Shown here in pieces: positions 19,829 through 30,433 of a stretch of DNA of 64,000 nt (within the stretch, counting starts at the first letter, position 1; each line of letters starts with the position of its first letter). The notes under the pieces were generated by a model. It was not told the origin of the DNA, did not search any database, and saw only the letters and a program-made list of their open reading frames with translations. Origin of the DNA: Terriglobia bacterium (GTDB lineage Bacteria; Acidobacteriota; Terriglobia; 20CM-2-55-15); contig CBDCLE010000002.1 of assembly GCA_965218585.1 (NCBI GenBank), positions 480,001-544,000 on the forward strand, in the 5' to 3' direction. The position numbers and the translations under genes are program-made.

Positions 19829-22696
19829 CTACCTTTCCGGCATCAGGGTGACCCGAATCTGGTTCTCCAGGTTGAAGTATTGCCGTGCGTCTTCCCGGAT
19901 CGATTCGGGTGTAACCGCTTCAACTGAAGCAGGATACGTCCGAATGCTGGCGCCGGGTGCGACGCCCCGCTGATAGTCGTTAGCGAGTTGATTGAGCAGC
20001 GTTCGATTTTCCTGGAAGTCTGTCTCAAACGACCGCAGAAGGGCCTGACGGACGTCGGATACCAGCTCCTCGTTCGGCATCGAGTTCTTAAGGTCTTCGA
20101 TGCCTTCGAAAACCGCCTCGGCCAGTTCGTCCGTTCGATCGGGGTCCGACCCGAACGTGATGGTCAACGTGTAGGTTTCCAGAGGCTGCCAGGCCATGTT
20201 GGCTCTCACACCGATGCTGTAAGTGCCTCCGAGTTCTTCGCGTAACCGATCTCTAAGGCGTGTTTCCAATGTCATGGCCATGGCCCGGATGCCGGTTCGC
20301 TCGGCCTGATCTTCGTATTCGAAAGGGCCCGTGAAGGCGATACGCGTCTGGCTTCGCGGTTCAAGCCCGCGGTACACGGTCTCCTCGAACACTCCGGTTG
20401 GAGCCCTGAGACCGATGTCCTGCCATGTCTCTTCCCGGCCTGTCGTCGGCAGACCTCCCAGGTAACGTTCCACTAGGGGCTCGATCACTTCGAAATCGAG
20501 GTTGCCAACGAAAACGAACGTGTAATCGCTGGCGTCTGAGAACCGCTCTTCGTAAAAGGAGAGTGATTCGCCCAGGTCCGTGTCGTCGAGTATCTCAACA
20601 GTTGGTGGACGCTGGCGTGGATGGTCCTGAGTGATGATGCGCGTGTAAGCATCATTGAAGGCCGTCGCGGGATTCGAATCCCGATTGGCCAGAGCCTGAC
20701 GACTCTGCGTTCTCCACAGCTCGTATATGGTGTCGTCGGCGCGGGGCGCCGTGAACCGCAGATAAATCAGCTGGAACATTGTCTCTACGTCGGTGGCCGA
20801 TGCGTTGCCGGTGACACCCTCCTCGTAGGTGGAGATGAACGGACGCGCGCTTGCGATCTTGCCCGTGAGTACCTTCTGCAGATCAATGGAATTGAAATCT
20901 CCGATGCCGCCGTTTGAAATCAGTGTCACCGCAGTGCTCGCGGGAATGTAGTCTTCGTCCATCGCCAGGGAGGTTCCCCCGGGGCTGAAACCTCGGAACA
21001 GGATCTGGTCTTCGTCAAAGTCGGTAGGCTTGAGAACGACGCGGATTCCGTTTTGAAGATCCCATTCGGTGATGCCGTCCCCGACCATCCTTGTTGCCAC
21101 GACTTCCGAGCCTTCGGGAAGCGACGACAACAGCGGCTGGTCCGAGACGGTATCCACGTAGGCCGTGATCTCGATATCGTCTATGCCTTCCAGAACAGCC
21201 GTCAGGGCTGTTCTGGAAGGCATCGTCAGTCCTTCTTTTTCCGGTCCGGCAACGACAACGACACGGTTGGCGTTACTGATCCAATCCGCGCCGATCGCGT
21301 TGACTTCGTCAATCGATATCTCCGGAACGAAACGTTCGTAGAGCGCGTACTCGTATGCGATGCCCGGGATCGATTCGCCGTTCAGGAAAGCGCGGGTATA
21401 TTCGCGGGCGAACGCTCCCGAATTCCGGTTGGCTCGATTCGTGTAGCTGCGCTCCATTCCACGCATAACCGAGATCTTCTGTCTTTCCAACTCGGATTCT
21501 GTGAACCCAAATCGAGCGACGCGTTCCGCTTCAGTAAACAGAGCTTCCAGGCCCCGTTCGATACGGTCCTCGAGGACCGCGGCGCTCAGGAAGAAAGTTC
21601 CTTTCGATCGGATCAACTGGCCCTGGGCTGAAGAGGCTCTCAGGAACGGCGGGTTGGGTTCCCGTGCGATCTCGGCAAAACGGTTCGTGAGTATGCTGTT
21701 GTAAAGCCGTTCGACGATCCGTTGCCGGTACCCGCCGATCGTCCAGTCTTCTTCGGGCGGCATCTTGTGGTAGACCTGGACCGTCGTGGCCGGCATCTCC
21801 GGGTCGGTTGCGATGGAAAACAGCGTTTCCGCGTGATCGGGAACCTCATACACGACACGTTCTCTACGGTCCGCCGGATTCTCGAGGCCTTCGAAATGCT
21901 GGCGTGTCAGCGCCTCGATCTCGGATGCGTCGAAGTCGCCTACGGCGATTACAGCCATCAAGTCGGGCCGGTACCAGTCGCTGTAGAAGCGGCGAAGCGC
22001 GTCGTGCTCGAATGTCTCAAGGCTTTCGAGCGTGCCGATGGGCAAACGTTCGGCGTATTGCGATCCGTTAAAGATGACCGGGAACTGTTGATCGCGTAAT
22101 CGCGTGGCCGCGCCCTGTCCCAGCCGCCATTCTTCGATAACGACGCCCCGCTCCATATCGATCTCGTCGGGATCCAGCGTCAACCCATGAGCCCAGTCTT
22201 CGAGAATCTGAAACGCCGTCTCGAGGTTTTCAGTATTGTCGGTCGGGACTTCCAGTTGGTAAGTGGTTTCGTCAAATGAGGTCGATGCATTGACACCCGG
22301 ACCCAGGCGCATGCCGATGGATTCCATGAAACCGATCAGTTCCTGCTTCTCAAAGTTTTCGGTCCCGTTGAAGGCCATGTGTTCGAGGAAGTGTGCCAGC
22401 CCGAGCTGGTCGTCGTCTTCGACGATCGAGCCCACGTTGACTACGAGCCGCAATTCAGCTCGGTTTTCCGGCTCCTGATTTTCGCGGATGTAGTAACGGA
22501 GGCCATTGGCGAGTTCGCCGGTCGTGACATCCGGGCTGACAGGGGCTGGCTGATCCAGCGGAATTGTTCGCGCGTCCTCCGAATTGGCCGTCCCACGTGT
22601 TCCCTCTTGGGCAACGCCGGATGCAGACAATCCCAGCAAAGCTATGGTCCACAGACTCGCAAACAACGGCACGCGCATACGACCTTTCATCAACAA
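19829..22696 (-). CDS. M16 family zinc protease (PqqL-like)
   Basis: GLAHFLEHMAFNG inverzincin motif, NASTSFDET, ERGVVIEEWR, WYRPDLM; signal peptide. Confidence 0.93.
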   Translation of the reverse strand: MLMKGRMRVPLFASLWTIALLGLSASGVAQEGTRGTANSEDARTIPLDQPAPVSPDVTTGELANGLRYYIRENQEPENRAELRLVVNVGSIVEDDDQLGLAHFLEHMAFNGTENFEKQELIGFMESIGMRLGPGVNASTSFDETTYQLEVPTDNTENLETAFQILEDWAHGLTLDPDEIDMERGVVIEEWRLGQGAATRLRDQQFPVIFNGSQYAERLPIGTLESLETFEHDALRRFYSDWYRPDLMAVIAVGDFDASEIEALTRQHFEGLENPADRRERVVYEVPDHAETLFSIATDPEMPATTVQVYHKMPPEEDWTIGGYRQRIVERLYNSILTNRFAEIAREPNPPFLRASSAQGQLIRSKGTFFLSAAVLEDRIERGLEALFTEAERVARFGFTESELERQKISVMRGMERSYTNRANRNSGAFAREYTRAFLNGESIPGIAYEYALYERFVPEISIDEVNAIGADWISNANRVVVVAGPEKEGLTMPSRTALTAVLEGIDDIEITAYVDTVSDQPLLSSLPEGSEVVATRMVGDGITEWDLQNGIRVVLKPTDFDEDQILFRGFSPGGTSLAMDEDYIPASTAVTLISNGGIGDFNSIDLQKVLTGKIASARPFISTYEEGVTGNASATDVETMFQLIYLRFTAPRADDTIYELWRTQSRQALANRDSNPATAFNDAYTRIITQDHPRQRPPTVEILDDTDLGESLSFYEERFSDASDYTFVFVGNLDFEVIEPLVERYLGGLPTTGREETWQDIGLRAPTGVFEETVYRGLEPRSQTRIAFTGPFEYEDQAERTGIRAMAMTLETRLRDRLREELGGTYSIGVRANMAWQPLETYTLTITFGSDPDRTDELAEAVFEGIEDLKNSMPNEELVSDVRQALLRSFETDFQENRTLLNQLANDYQRGVAPGASIRTYPASVEAVTPESIREDARQYFNLENQIRVTLMPER

Positions 22697-23038
22697 GCTC
22701 CTTCTGCTGATCGAGACAGACCCGCCTGAAGAGGCGCGGCGGTCTTTGATCCCAATAAGATACTAGATGTGGGTTCAGTATTGATAGCGAAACCTGATAG
22801 CGCGCCTACGAGTGGATGCACTGCCCCCCGACCCCTCGGTTGGCGCCTGTGGTGGGTCGGTCAACAGTGGAAAAGTGCGAGATTTTTGAGGAATGGGATT
22901 GGGGTTACTTGAGTTCGGTTCCCGCCGGTAGTAGGTTTACGGCCAGCGTGTAAATGATGCGATGCTGTATGGGGTCGCTCCCTGTTCGATTCGGAGCGAT
23001 CAGTAACAATTTGTTGGATACGAAGAAAGGACTCGTCG

Positions 23039-23401
23039 ATGGCCACCAATGATACCTGTTGCACAATCGTTCCTTATTTCAAAGTACAGGACGGGAAGCT
23101 CGATGTATTCAAAGAGCTCTGTGATCGTTTCGTAGAGAAGACACGGGGCGAGCCCGGATGTCTGTATTACGGTTTCAGTTTTGGCGCCGATTTCGCATTC
23201 TGTCGGGAGGGTTACGAAAACGCCGACGCCTTATTGGCACACGTTCAGAACGTCGGAGCCTTGCTCGAGGAAATGCCGCAATCTGCGGAAATCGTGAAGC
23301 TTGAGATCCACGGTCCCGAGGAGGAATTGGCAAAGTTACGCGAGCCGCTGAGTGAATTGAATCCGGAGTTCTTTACGCTGGAGTATGGATTCCGCAAGTA
23401 G
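23039..23401 (+). CDS. ABM-like dimeric alpha/beta barrel protein (putative quinol monooxygenase)
   Basis: PYFKV, EPGCLYYGF, CREGY..A..LLAH, LEIHGP. Confidence 0.75.
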   Translation: MATNDTCCTIVPYFKVQDGKLDVFKELCDRFVEKTRGEPGCLYYGFSFGADFAFCREGYENADALLAHVQNVGALLEEMPQSAEIVKLEIHGPEEELAKLREPLSELNPEFFTLEYGFRK

Positions 23402-23567
23402 TTAGATGTCAGCGACCGACAATCCGAAGCATGGAAAGAAACCAGCCGCGCCGTCCGGCGGAATCGATCTGCATCAGCTCCTTTTGACAGCGGCTGTGTG
23501 CAAGGAAATACTTGAGTTATGATGGCGCTTCGATTTTAGGACGACGAATACGGGAGGACCTCGAAAA

Positions 23568-24773
23568 GTGAAACGACTATTTGCCCTTGCCTTGATGGCG
23601 TTCTTATTCAGCGCTGGTCATGCCGGGAAGGCCGCAGCCCAGGATCTTGTGATCACTAACGCACGCATCATCGTGGGTAACGGAGATGTTATCGAAAACG
23701 GTTCGATTGTCATTCGTGACGGGAGGATCGCATCTGTCGCACCTGGCCGCGCCGATGCAGCCGGCGTCGAGACGATCGACGCGGGCGGCATGAGCGCGTT
23801 GCCCGGGTTCATCGACGCACACAAGCACATCAACACCGGTCCGGATGAGGCCGAGCAGATGCAGTCGTTGCTCGAAGCCGGATACACGACGGTTCTTTCT
23901 GGCGGAGGCCCCGGCGACGGCAGCCTGACGCTCCGCGATCACATCGAGTCCGGAATGATCAACGGTCCGCGCATCATTCCCTCAGAACGCGTCAACCTCA
24001 GGGGAACGCCCGAAGAAGGTCGTGCGACTATTCGAGACATGGCCGCCCGGGGTATTTTTCACACGGGTGAGATCGGCCTCACGCCCGAGCCGGGACCAAC
24101 GCCTGAGGAAATCGAGGTCCTCGAAGCAATCGTCGACGAAGCGGCCAGGGCCGGTGTACAGGTCAATGTCCATGCGGTAAGCACCTCCTCCATGGTCGGC
24201 GCAATCGACGCCGGTGTGCGACGGCTGGTTCACCTGCCCAACAAGGACTGGGTGAGCCGCGAAGCAGCCGAGAAGGTGGCATCGACCGACTCGATTGTCC
24301 TCGGTCTCATCGGCTTCGGTGCGCCGATCATCGACGTGTTCGAAGATGACAACTCGCCACGGTTCCGCAACGGCGAGGCGTGGCCTGAGGCCATTGCCGG
24401 TGCGAACAGGGACGCGGAGGGAAGGGCCACCGGTACCGAGGCGGGCTACACGCTTGTGAATGCACGGACCATCTGGGATGCCAGCGGAGGGACGGGAATC
24501 GCCTACTGCACAGATCAGAACTACGCAGACGTTGCGGTCCTCGAACACGAGCTGAAGTCGTACAACATCATGTTTTCGATGCAGGACATCATCAGAATCA
24601 TGGGGCCCAACAGCGCGGCTTACATCGACATGGAGGACGACCTCGGCACCCTGGAAGAGGGGAAACTGGCCGACATGATCCTTCTTGACGGCAATCCGCT
24701 GGAAGGCTATTGGAACATGCTCAATACCAAGCTGACGATCGTTGGCGGGGAGATCCGCTCGGATGAGCGCTAA
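23568..24773 (+). CDS. Secreted amidohydrolase family protein
   Basis: PGFIDAHKH, VHA, LVH, TD, GTLEEGKLAD...DGNP. Confidence 0.88.
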   Translation: MKRLFALALMAFLFSAGHAGKAAAQDLVITNARIIVGNGDVIENGSIVIRDGRIASVAPGRADAAGVETIDAGGMSALPGFIDAHKHINTGPDEAEQMQSLLEAGYTTVLSGGGPGDGSLTLRDHIESGMINGPRIIPSERVNLRGTPEEGRATIRDMAARGIFHTGEIGLTPEPGPTPEEIEVLEAIVDEAARAGVQVNVHAVSTSSMVGAIDAGVRRLVHLPNKDWVSREAAEKVASTDSIVLGLIGFGAPIIDVFEDDNSPRFRNGEAWPEAIAGANRDAEGRATGTEAGYTLVNARTIWDASGGTGIAYCTDQNYADVAVLEHELKSYNIMFSMQDIIRIMGPNSAAYIDMEDDLGTLEEGKLADMILLDGNPLEGYWNMLNTKLTIVGGEIRSDER

Positions 24774-24863
24774 CCCTCGGGAGAGGAGACCCCGGGGCCG
24801 CCACGACCCCGGCATGGGAGTGGCGGCTCAGTTTACTTTCCGTCGCCAGCCTGGCCTGGAGTC

Positions 24864-25934
24864 TTAGCGTACCGGTGTCTCGGAACATCCCTGAATTTCG
24901 GCGATCACCTCTTGTGAACTCCTGCCGTCAAGCTGTTCACGTATTGGACCGGCTGCATCTGGGGTTAAGCGGACACGACTCTCATCGATTTGGAACATTC
25001 CTGTCCAAGAGCCGTTGAGGGCGTAGCGAGGGCTGCCGGTCACATCTGGGAGATCGGGTCGGGTCTCATCGGTAAGAAAAAGGATGTACTGCTCTTCCTC
25101 TTCTACCAGATCGTATTGAATGGGCAATTCCGTGTACCGCCCCAGTACCCCCCCTTTTTGAGAGATCACTACTTGCTGGATCGATTCCGGTCCTTTAAGC
25201 ACTTGACTGACCACCAGGATCGCGTCTGTCTCCAGGTAGCGGAAAATTGGCCGCGATCGTTCCTGAACAAGCTGGGTGCCGGGGGGATAATCGAGATTCT
25301 GTCTTGGAACCAGAATAGCTTGAACATGGGCTTCAACTATCAATGTCGAGGAGTCGCACAACTGCTCGAGGGACCCGGGTAGATAGTCAGGCGCAATTGA
25401 CAGGGCGAACGTGGCGCGGTTTGTCGGCGGCGGGGGCGGCGGCAGGCTTTCTCCACCCGGATTCGGGACCGAGAAGGCTTCGGTGGGAACCTGACCGAAA
25501 ATCTTTCGATAAACCATGGGAACATCGGTCTGAATCGTCAGTGTGTTGCCGTCCAGAGTGCCTTCGCAACACCCGCCCGCCTCAAACAAGATAGTGATGC
25601 GTGCGCCCTCTTGTGAATAACTTCCGCTGCCCGAGCTTTCACTGACATCCACGACCGCGCCGTCAGCGTAGCGGTAGCGCGTCACCCAGGTATGAGTACC
25701 GTCTGCTTCCAGTCGCACCGAGCCGCCGATAACCTCTTGCCTTCTGGATCCGCTCTGTGACACGAGGGCGGGGAGGTCTTGTGCGTTCGCCCGGATCAAA
25801 ATGTACTCACCCACGGCTTCGGGTATCTGGTTCCCCGTTTCATTTGGCGTGGACTCTTGGGCAAAGACACCGTGTGAAGGAATCGACAGGGCTGTCAGAA
25901 GGAACATGGTCAACACGAATCTTAAAAACGACAT
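24864..25934 (-). CDS. Secreted hypothetical protein, two domains joined by a poly-Pro linker
   Basis: Signal peptide from MSFLRF (25934); PPPPPPT linker. Confidence 0.6.
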   Translation of the reverse strand: MSFLRFVLTMFLLTALSIPSHGVFAQESTPNETGNQIPEAVGEYILIRANAQDLPALVSQSGSRRQEVIGGSVRLEADGTHTWVTRYRYADGAVVDVSESSGSGSYSQEGARITILFEAGGCCEGTLDGNTLTIQTDVPMVYRKIFGQVPTEAFSVPNPGGESLPPPPPPTNRATFALSIAPDYLPGSLEQLCDSSTLIVEAHVQAILVPRQNLDYPPGTQLVQERSRPIFRYLETDAILVVSQVLKGPESIQQVVISQKGGVLGRYTELPIQYDLVEEEEQYILFLTDETRPDLPDVTGSPRYALNGSWTGMFQIDESRVRLTPDAAGPIREQLDGRSSQEVIAEIQGCSETPVR

Positions 25935-25995
25935 TTCACGACGTCCTTTTCCCGAACAAGTCTGTAGATTTCCGATACAGAAGGCGGCCCATCCG

Positions 25996-26553
25996 TCAGG
26001 GTGCATTATAAATGAGTGCTCCACTTCGTGCACTGGAGGCAGGGCTCACTCTTAGAACGCGGACTGTTCGGGAGATTTTCTTGCCGATGAAATAACCGAT
26101 CACGCCGGCCCCGGCACCGACCGCAGACCATTCTGCAACCCGTCTCGAATCAGAGACGTTGATTCGGCTGTCGCTGATCGCCTGCGGGAAATATGCAAGT
26201 GCCGCGCCAGCTCCGGCGGCCGCAGTCAACAACGGTTTTGCCCAGCCTCGTGTTTCTTCGGTGACTTCGATCACAGAAATCGCGCTCCGCGGGATAGTGT
26301 TTCTCCCTTGCGGGTATGACTGATTCCCGGTCTTCGTAATATTGACTACGAGACCTTCGTCCTGAACAGCCAGGGCCGTTCCCTGAATCTCAGTCCCACC
26401 GGAGAAGCCGATTGAAACTGTGCGTCCCAACACCAGGGATGCCAGTTCGTTCCATGCGACCGAAGTCGATTGTTCCTCGAAATTCACCGCTCCATCCGCA
26501 GCGGGACTGATCAGGGCGACTGCCCAGATCATCAGAAGACATTTCCTGATCAT
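25996..26553 (-). CDS. Hypothetical exported/membrane protein
   Basis: AGGAG RBS before ATG 26553; signal peptide and Gly/Ala-rich C-terminal helices. Confidence 0.6.
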   Translation of the reverse strand: MIRKCLLMIWAVALISPAADGAVNFEEQSTSVAWNELASLVLGRTVSIGFSGGTEIQGTALAVQDEGLVVNITKTGNQSYPQGRNTIPRSAISVIEVTEETRGWAKPLLTAAAGAGAALAYFPQAISDSRINVSDSRRVAEWSAVGAGAGVIGYFIGKKISRTVRVLRVSPASSARSGALIYNAP

Positions 26554-26565
26554 TAGTGCTCCTAT

Positions 26566-27383
26566 TCTTTCGAGTTGGACGTCCGGACCGGCGAACTCAA
26601 GAAGCAAGGTTCCCGAATTCGGCTACAGGATCAGCCGACGAAGTTGCTCGTCTTGCTGGCGAGCCGTTCGGGGGAATTGGTTACCCGTGAAGACATTCAG
26701 AAGGTGCTGTGGGCCGACAGCCAGTTTGTTGAGTTTGACGACGCAATCAATACTGCGATAAAGAAAATCCGGGAGGCGTTAGGAGACGGCCTCACGAACC
26801 AGCGTATTATCGAGACACTTCCGCGAAAAGGTTATCGGTTTCTTCTTCCCGTAGAGGCGATTCCTGCTAAAGGTCAGTCGCCGGTCGGCTATGGCAACGA
26901 CTCTTCCAACACTGATCCTGAAAACTCATTCCCTGATGCGAACCGAACGGGGGAGGAAGCCGAAACGGGATTTGCCCTGCCGAGGGGTCCCGCCCGGAGT
27001 GTGTTCTTGATGATCCAGGTAAGATACCTGGCGATGTACTGCACGACTCTGTATTACGCCGACGCTGTGGAGTCTGTGTTGAGAGGATTTGAAGCCATCC
27101 CAGTTGTGGTGACCTTGCCGGCGGTCATCGTTACTGCGATGTGCGGCATTGCGGTGCGGTTGTATCTGGTTTCTTCCGTTGGCTTTGCGCATCCGGCGGC
27201 GGGACAGAAGTTTCAGAAATTATTCCCGGGCTCGTTCTGCTGGATGGGCTGTGGGCTGCATCGCCTCTCTTGATATCCAGCCAGATTGGTGTCGGTGTCT
27301 CGCTGGCGGGCGCGGCCGGGCTCGCTTACGCCCCGTTCTCCCAACGGACTCTTGTCCAAAGCGTTTACCGCCCCGACGTCTAA
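26566..27383 (+). pseudogene. Winged-helix (Trans_reg_C, CadC/ToxR-like) membrane-anchored regulator, 5'-truncated and frameshifted
   Basis: FELDVRTGEL...LQDQP...VTRE...W...I..IR.ALGD...IETLPRKGYRF. In-frame TAG lies just upstream with no proper start. The TM tail LVLLDGLWAASPLL continues in another frame after CCCGGG at about 27225. Confidence 0.7.
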
Positions 27384-27429
27384 AGGTTTACAAAACCCTG
27401 CTTCTCCCATATAAGACTGACAAGCCCCG

Positions 27430-28947
27430 GTGACGCTCATGGAAACGACATCGCACGACCTGTACGATGGTCCCCAGCGAGCCAATCGGAGAGCGTTTCT
27501 GCTTCTCCGCTGGCTGATCATTATTCTTGCCGGTTACCTCACGCTGTTCGAGAACATCGAAGACTCTGGGGTCGTAGGACTTTTTCTGATTGTCGTGGCC
27601 TTTGTCCTGTCGAACGTCCTGATAGGCTTGGCGCCGATAGACATAGTGATGGCGGCCAAGAGGCGGCACATCGTAGCAGCCGCCGACGCTGTATTCATCT
27701 GTACGTTTCTCTACTACTTGCGTGTGGATCAGGCTCAAATCCACATCCCGTTTATGGGGATTGTGGTGCTTGCGATTATCTGGCCCGATTTGCGGGTCGT
27801 GCTGTTTGCGATGTTCGTGGTCAGCCTTCTGTTCGGACTGTTCACCAACTTTGAACTGTTCGGTGCAACGATCGAGATCGCAAGAGACGACTTCCTCACG
27901 CTATCGCTCCTTTTCATAGTTGCGATTTTCTATATCTTCATGGTCGAGCGATTCGACCGGGATACTGAAACGTCGATCGCATTGCTTCGTGAGAAACGCA
28001 ACTCCGAAAAAGCGACTGAGATCACACGACAGATTTCTGCTTCGCTGAAGGCGAAGGAAATCCTGGCAGTCCTGATCAAGAGGTTCAGAGAATTGATGCC
28101 GGACGTGGATTGCTCGATCGTTCGAGCCGAGGCAGATCGAAACGAGGCCAAGGTCATTGCGGGTTCACGTCCAGATAGTTCGCCGGACATGATTCTGGAC
28201 GAGATCCCCACGCTTGGGGAGGCGTTCACGCTCAAGGAAACCAGTTCCACAACGATCAAACGGGACGGCGGGAAGGTAACTACGATGGCCGTGCCTATGA
28301 TCAGTCGAGGGGAGGTGGTGGCAGCGCTCTACTTCGAGCATGAGTCCAACCCGACAAACCCCTTGGAGGAGAATCGAGGTTTCATCGAAGTTATCGCCAG
28401 TGCTGCAGCGAGTTCGCTCTCTAACGCCGAGCAGTTCGAATCGTTGAAGGAGCTGGCGACGAGCGAATCGGCAACAAAGTTGGCGAACCACGGGACGTTC
28501 CAGACCCGGCTTGTGCGCGAGGTTGAAACGGCTTTGCGGCACAACCGGGCGGTCTCGCTTTTGATGGTCGATCTGGATTGGCTGAAGAAGATTAACGAGA
28601 AGCACGGCTACCCTGTTGGCGACAACGTGATCGGAGCGGTTGCCGAAGCCATCCGAACCGCGTGCCGCGAAAGAGATTTCGCGGCACGCTACGGTGGAGA
28701 GGAATTCACCGTCATTCTTCCGGAAACCGACCTTAAGGCAGCTGTGCCGTTCGCCGAGGGACTCCGCCAGCGAGTCGAGGCGATCGATCGGTTTGATACC
28801 GGGGTAACCGTGTCGATTGGGGTCGCCAGTTGTCCCGTCGATGCCGTAAACGCACAGGAATTGATTCTTGCTGCGGACAATGCCTTGTATCTTGCCAAGG
28901 GACTGGGGCGCAACCGTGTTTCCCCCTCTCCGGACGATCTGGCATAA
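27430..28947 (+). CDS. Membrane-bound diguanylate cyclase (TM + GAF-like + GGDEF)
   Basis: N-terminal TM helices, MVDLD..K.IN..HG...GD, ARYGGEEF, SIGVA, AD.ALY.AK..GRN. Confidence 0.9.
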   Translation: MTLMETTSHDLYDGPQRANRRAFLLLRWLIIILAGYLTLFENIEDSGVVGLFLIVVAFVLSNVLIGLAPIDIVMAAKRRHIVAAADAVFICTFLYYLRVDQAQIHIPFMGIVVLAIIWPDLRVVLFAMFVVSLLFGLFTNFELFGATIEIARDDFLTLSLLFIVAIFYIFMVERFDRDTETSIALLREKRNSEKATEITRQISASLKAKEILAVLIKRFRELMPDVDCSIVRAEADRNEAKVIAGSRPDSSPDMILDEIPTLGEAFTLKETSSTTIKRDGGKVTTMAVPMISRGEVVAALYFEHESNPTNPLEENRGFIEVIASAAASSLSNAEQFESLKELATSESATKLANHGTFQTRLVREVETALRHNRAVSLLMVDLDWLKKINEKHGYPVGDNVIGAVAEAIRTACRERDFAARYGGEEFTVILPETDLKAAVPFAEGLRQRVEAIDRFDTGVTVSIGVASCPVDAVNAQELILAADNALYLAKGLGRNRVSPSPDDLA

Positions 28948-29008
28948 TCTTCCAAACCACATCTGAGGCGACAGCCGCCAACTAACCTTTGATAAATGGA
29001 GAGAGCCC

Positions 29009-29299
29009 ATGGCGACCTATGTGAGTCTGTTCAACTTCACTGACGAGGGAATCCAGACAATCCAGGACACAACGCAACGCTTTCGAGGGTCGCAGGAAAT
29101 CTGCGAGCAACTCGGTGTGACGATAAAGGATCTTTACTACACCAATGGGCAGTACGACGGAATTGCGATCTTGGAGGGGGATGAGGAAAGTGTCAGCGCG
29201 GCTGCTCTGGCTATCGGTGCGCTAGGCAAGACGCGAACCGTCACGACTCGCGCCTACAATGTCGAGGAGATGAAGAAGATCACGTCGAAAATGCCGTGA
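29009..29299 (+). CDS. GYD domain protein
   Basis: Y.SL..FT.EG, YYTNGQYD, T.T.RA. Confidence 0.85.
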   Translation: MATYVSLFNFTDEGIQTIQDTTQRFRGSQEICEQLGVTIKDLYYTNGQYDGIAILEGDEESVSAAALAIGALGKTRTVTTRAYNVEEMKKITSKMP

Positions 29300-29324
29300 C
29301 TTTGTCGTGTGTCGTAGTTCGTCT

Positions 29325-30215
29325 ATGAAATTCGGAGTAACATTTCCCCAAACACGGATAGGAACCGATCCGATTGCTGTCCGAGACTTTGCCCAAGCCG
29401 CCGAAGGCGCTGGCTTCGATTTCATCGTCGCATTCGACCATGTCACCGGTGCACATCCCGACCGGTTTGTCGGCCGTGACGTCGGATTTCCCTCACCACC
29501 ATACCTGTACGACAGTCAGATTCACGAACCGCTCACGCTTTTTGCCTATCTCGCGGCGGTGACCCGACGAATCGAACTGATGACCAGCATCTTAATTCTG
29601 CCCCAGCGCCAGACTGCCCTGGTTGCCAAGCAGGCCGCCGAAGTAGACCTCCTATCGGGCCAACGACTGCGGCTGGGTGTGGGCGTGGGCTGGAACTTCA
29701 CCGAATACGAGGCGCTGGGCGAAGATTTCCGGACTCGTGGCGCACGTCAGGAAGAGCAGATCACTGTACTTCGAAAGCTCTGGGCCGAGGATCTGGTGAC
29801 CTTTCACGGTCGATTTCATAATTTCGATCAAGTCGGTATTGCTCCTCGACCGACGCGACAGATTCCCATCTGGATCGGCGGCGGATTTCGTGAACCCCTC
29901 GTGAAGCGGGTAGCGCGATTTGCGGATGGCTGGATACCGCTCCTGTTTCCGGGGGACGATGCCGAGCCCGTGATTGACCGGCTGCGGTATCACCTGGAAC
30001 AGGAGGGACGCGACATAGCTTCGTTTGGTCTGCAGGCACAAGTCTCGACACCGCCGGGACAAGAGACCGACTGGGTGAGGGACGCGAAACGCCTCCGGAC
30101 GCTCGGCTTCACGCATCTCGGTTTCGGAACTCTCACCCGGGGTTTCACCCCAATGGAGAATCTCGATCGGGCGACTGGGGCGAAGAAACTGATCGCTGCG
30201 GCTCTTCAAGACTAA
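29325..30215 (+). CDS. LLM-class (probably F420-dependent) oxidoreductase
   Basis: AE..GF.....DHV, HEP.T...YLAAVT, ILILPQRQ..LVAKQAAEVD.LS, GVGVGWN..EY, IWIGG. Confidence 0.88.
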   Translation: MKFGVTFPQTRIGTDPIAVRDFAQAAEGAGFDFIVAFDHVTGAHPDRFVGRDVGFPSPPYLYDSQIHEPLTLFAYLAAVTRRIELMTSILILPQRQTALVAKQAAEVDLLSGQRLRLGVGVGWNFTEYEALGEDFRTRGARQEEQITVLRKLWAEDLVTFHGRFHNFDQVGIAPRPTRQIPIWIGGGFREPLVKRVARFADGWIPLLFPGDDAEPVIDRLRYHLEQEGRDIASFGLQAQVSTPPGQETDWVRDAKRLRTLGFTHLGFGTLTRGFTPMENLDRATGAKKLIAAALQD

Positions 30216-30433
30216 ACGAGAAGCCGCGCGCCGCAGCGTTTTGCACCGACCTTCGTACGGCTCAGACCCCACGTCTCCTTCACATGTCCCGGCCGCCCTG
30301 AAAGCCTGACCTCGAAAATCAGGGCACCGTACTCGTTCCCTCAGTTCTTTAAACCAGTTCGAGTCAAGCGGTCATTATTTGTTGCCAGACCGCACGTTGG
30401 TAGTCACAACGGCGACTTATTGGGAATCGACCT

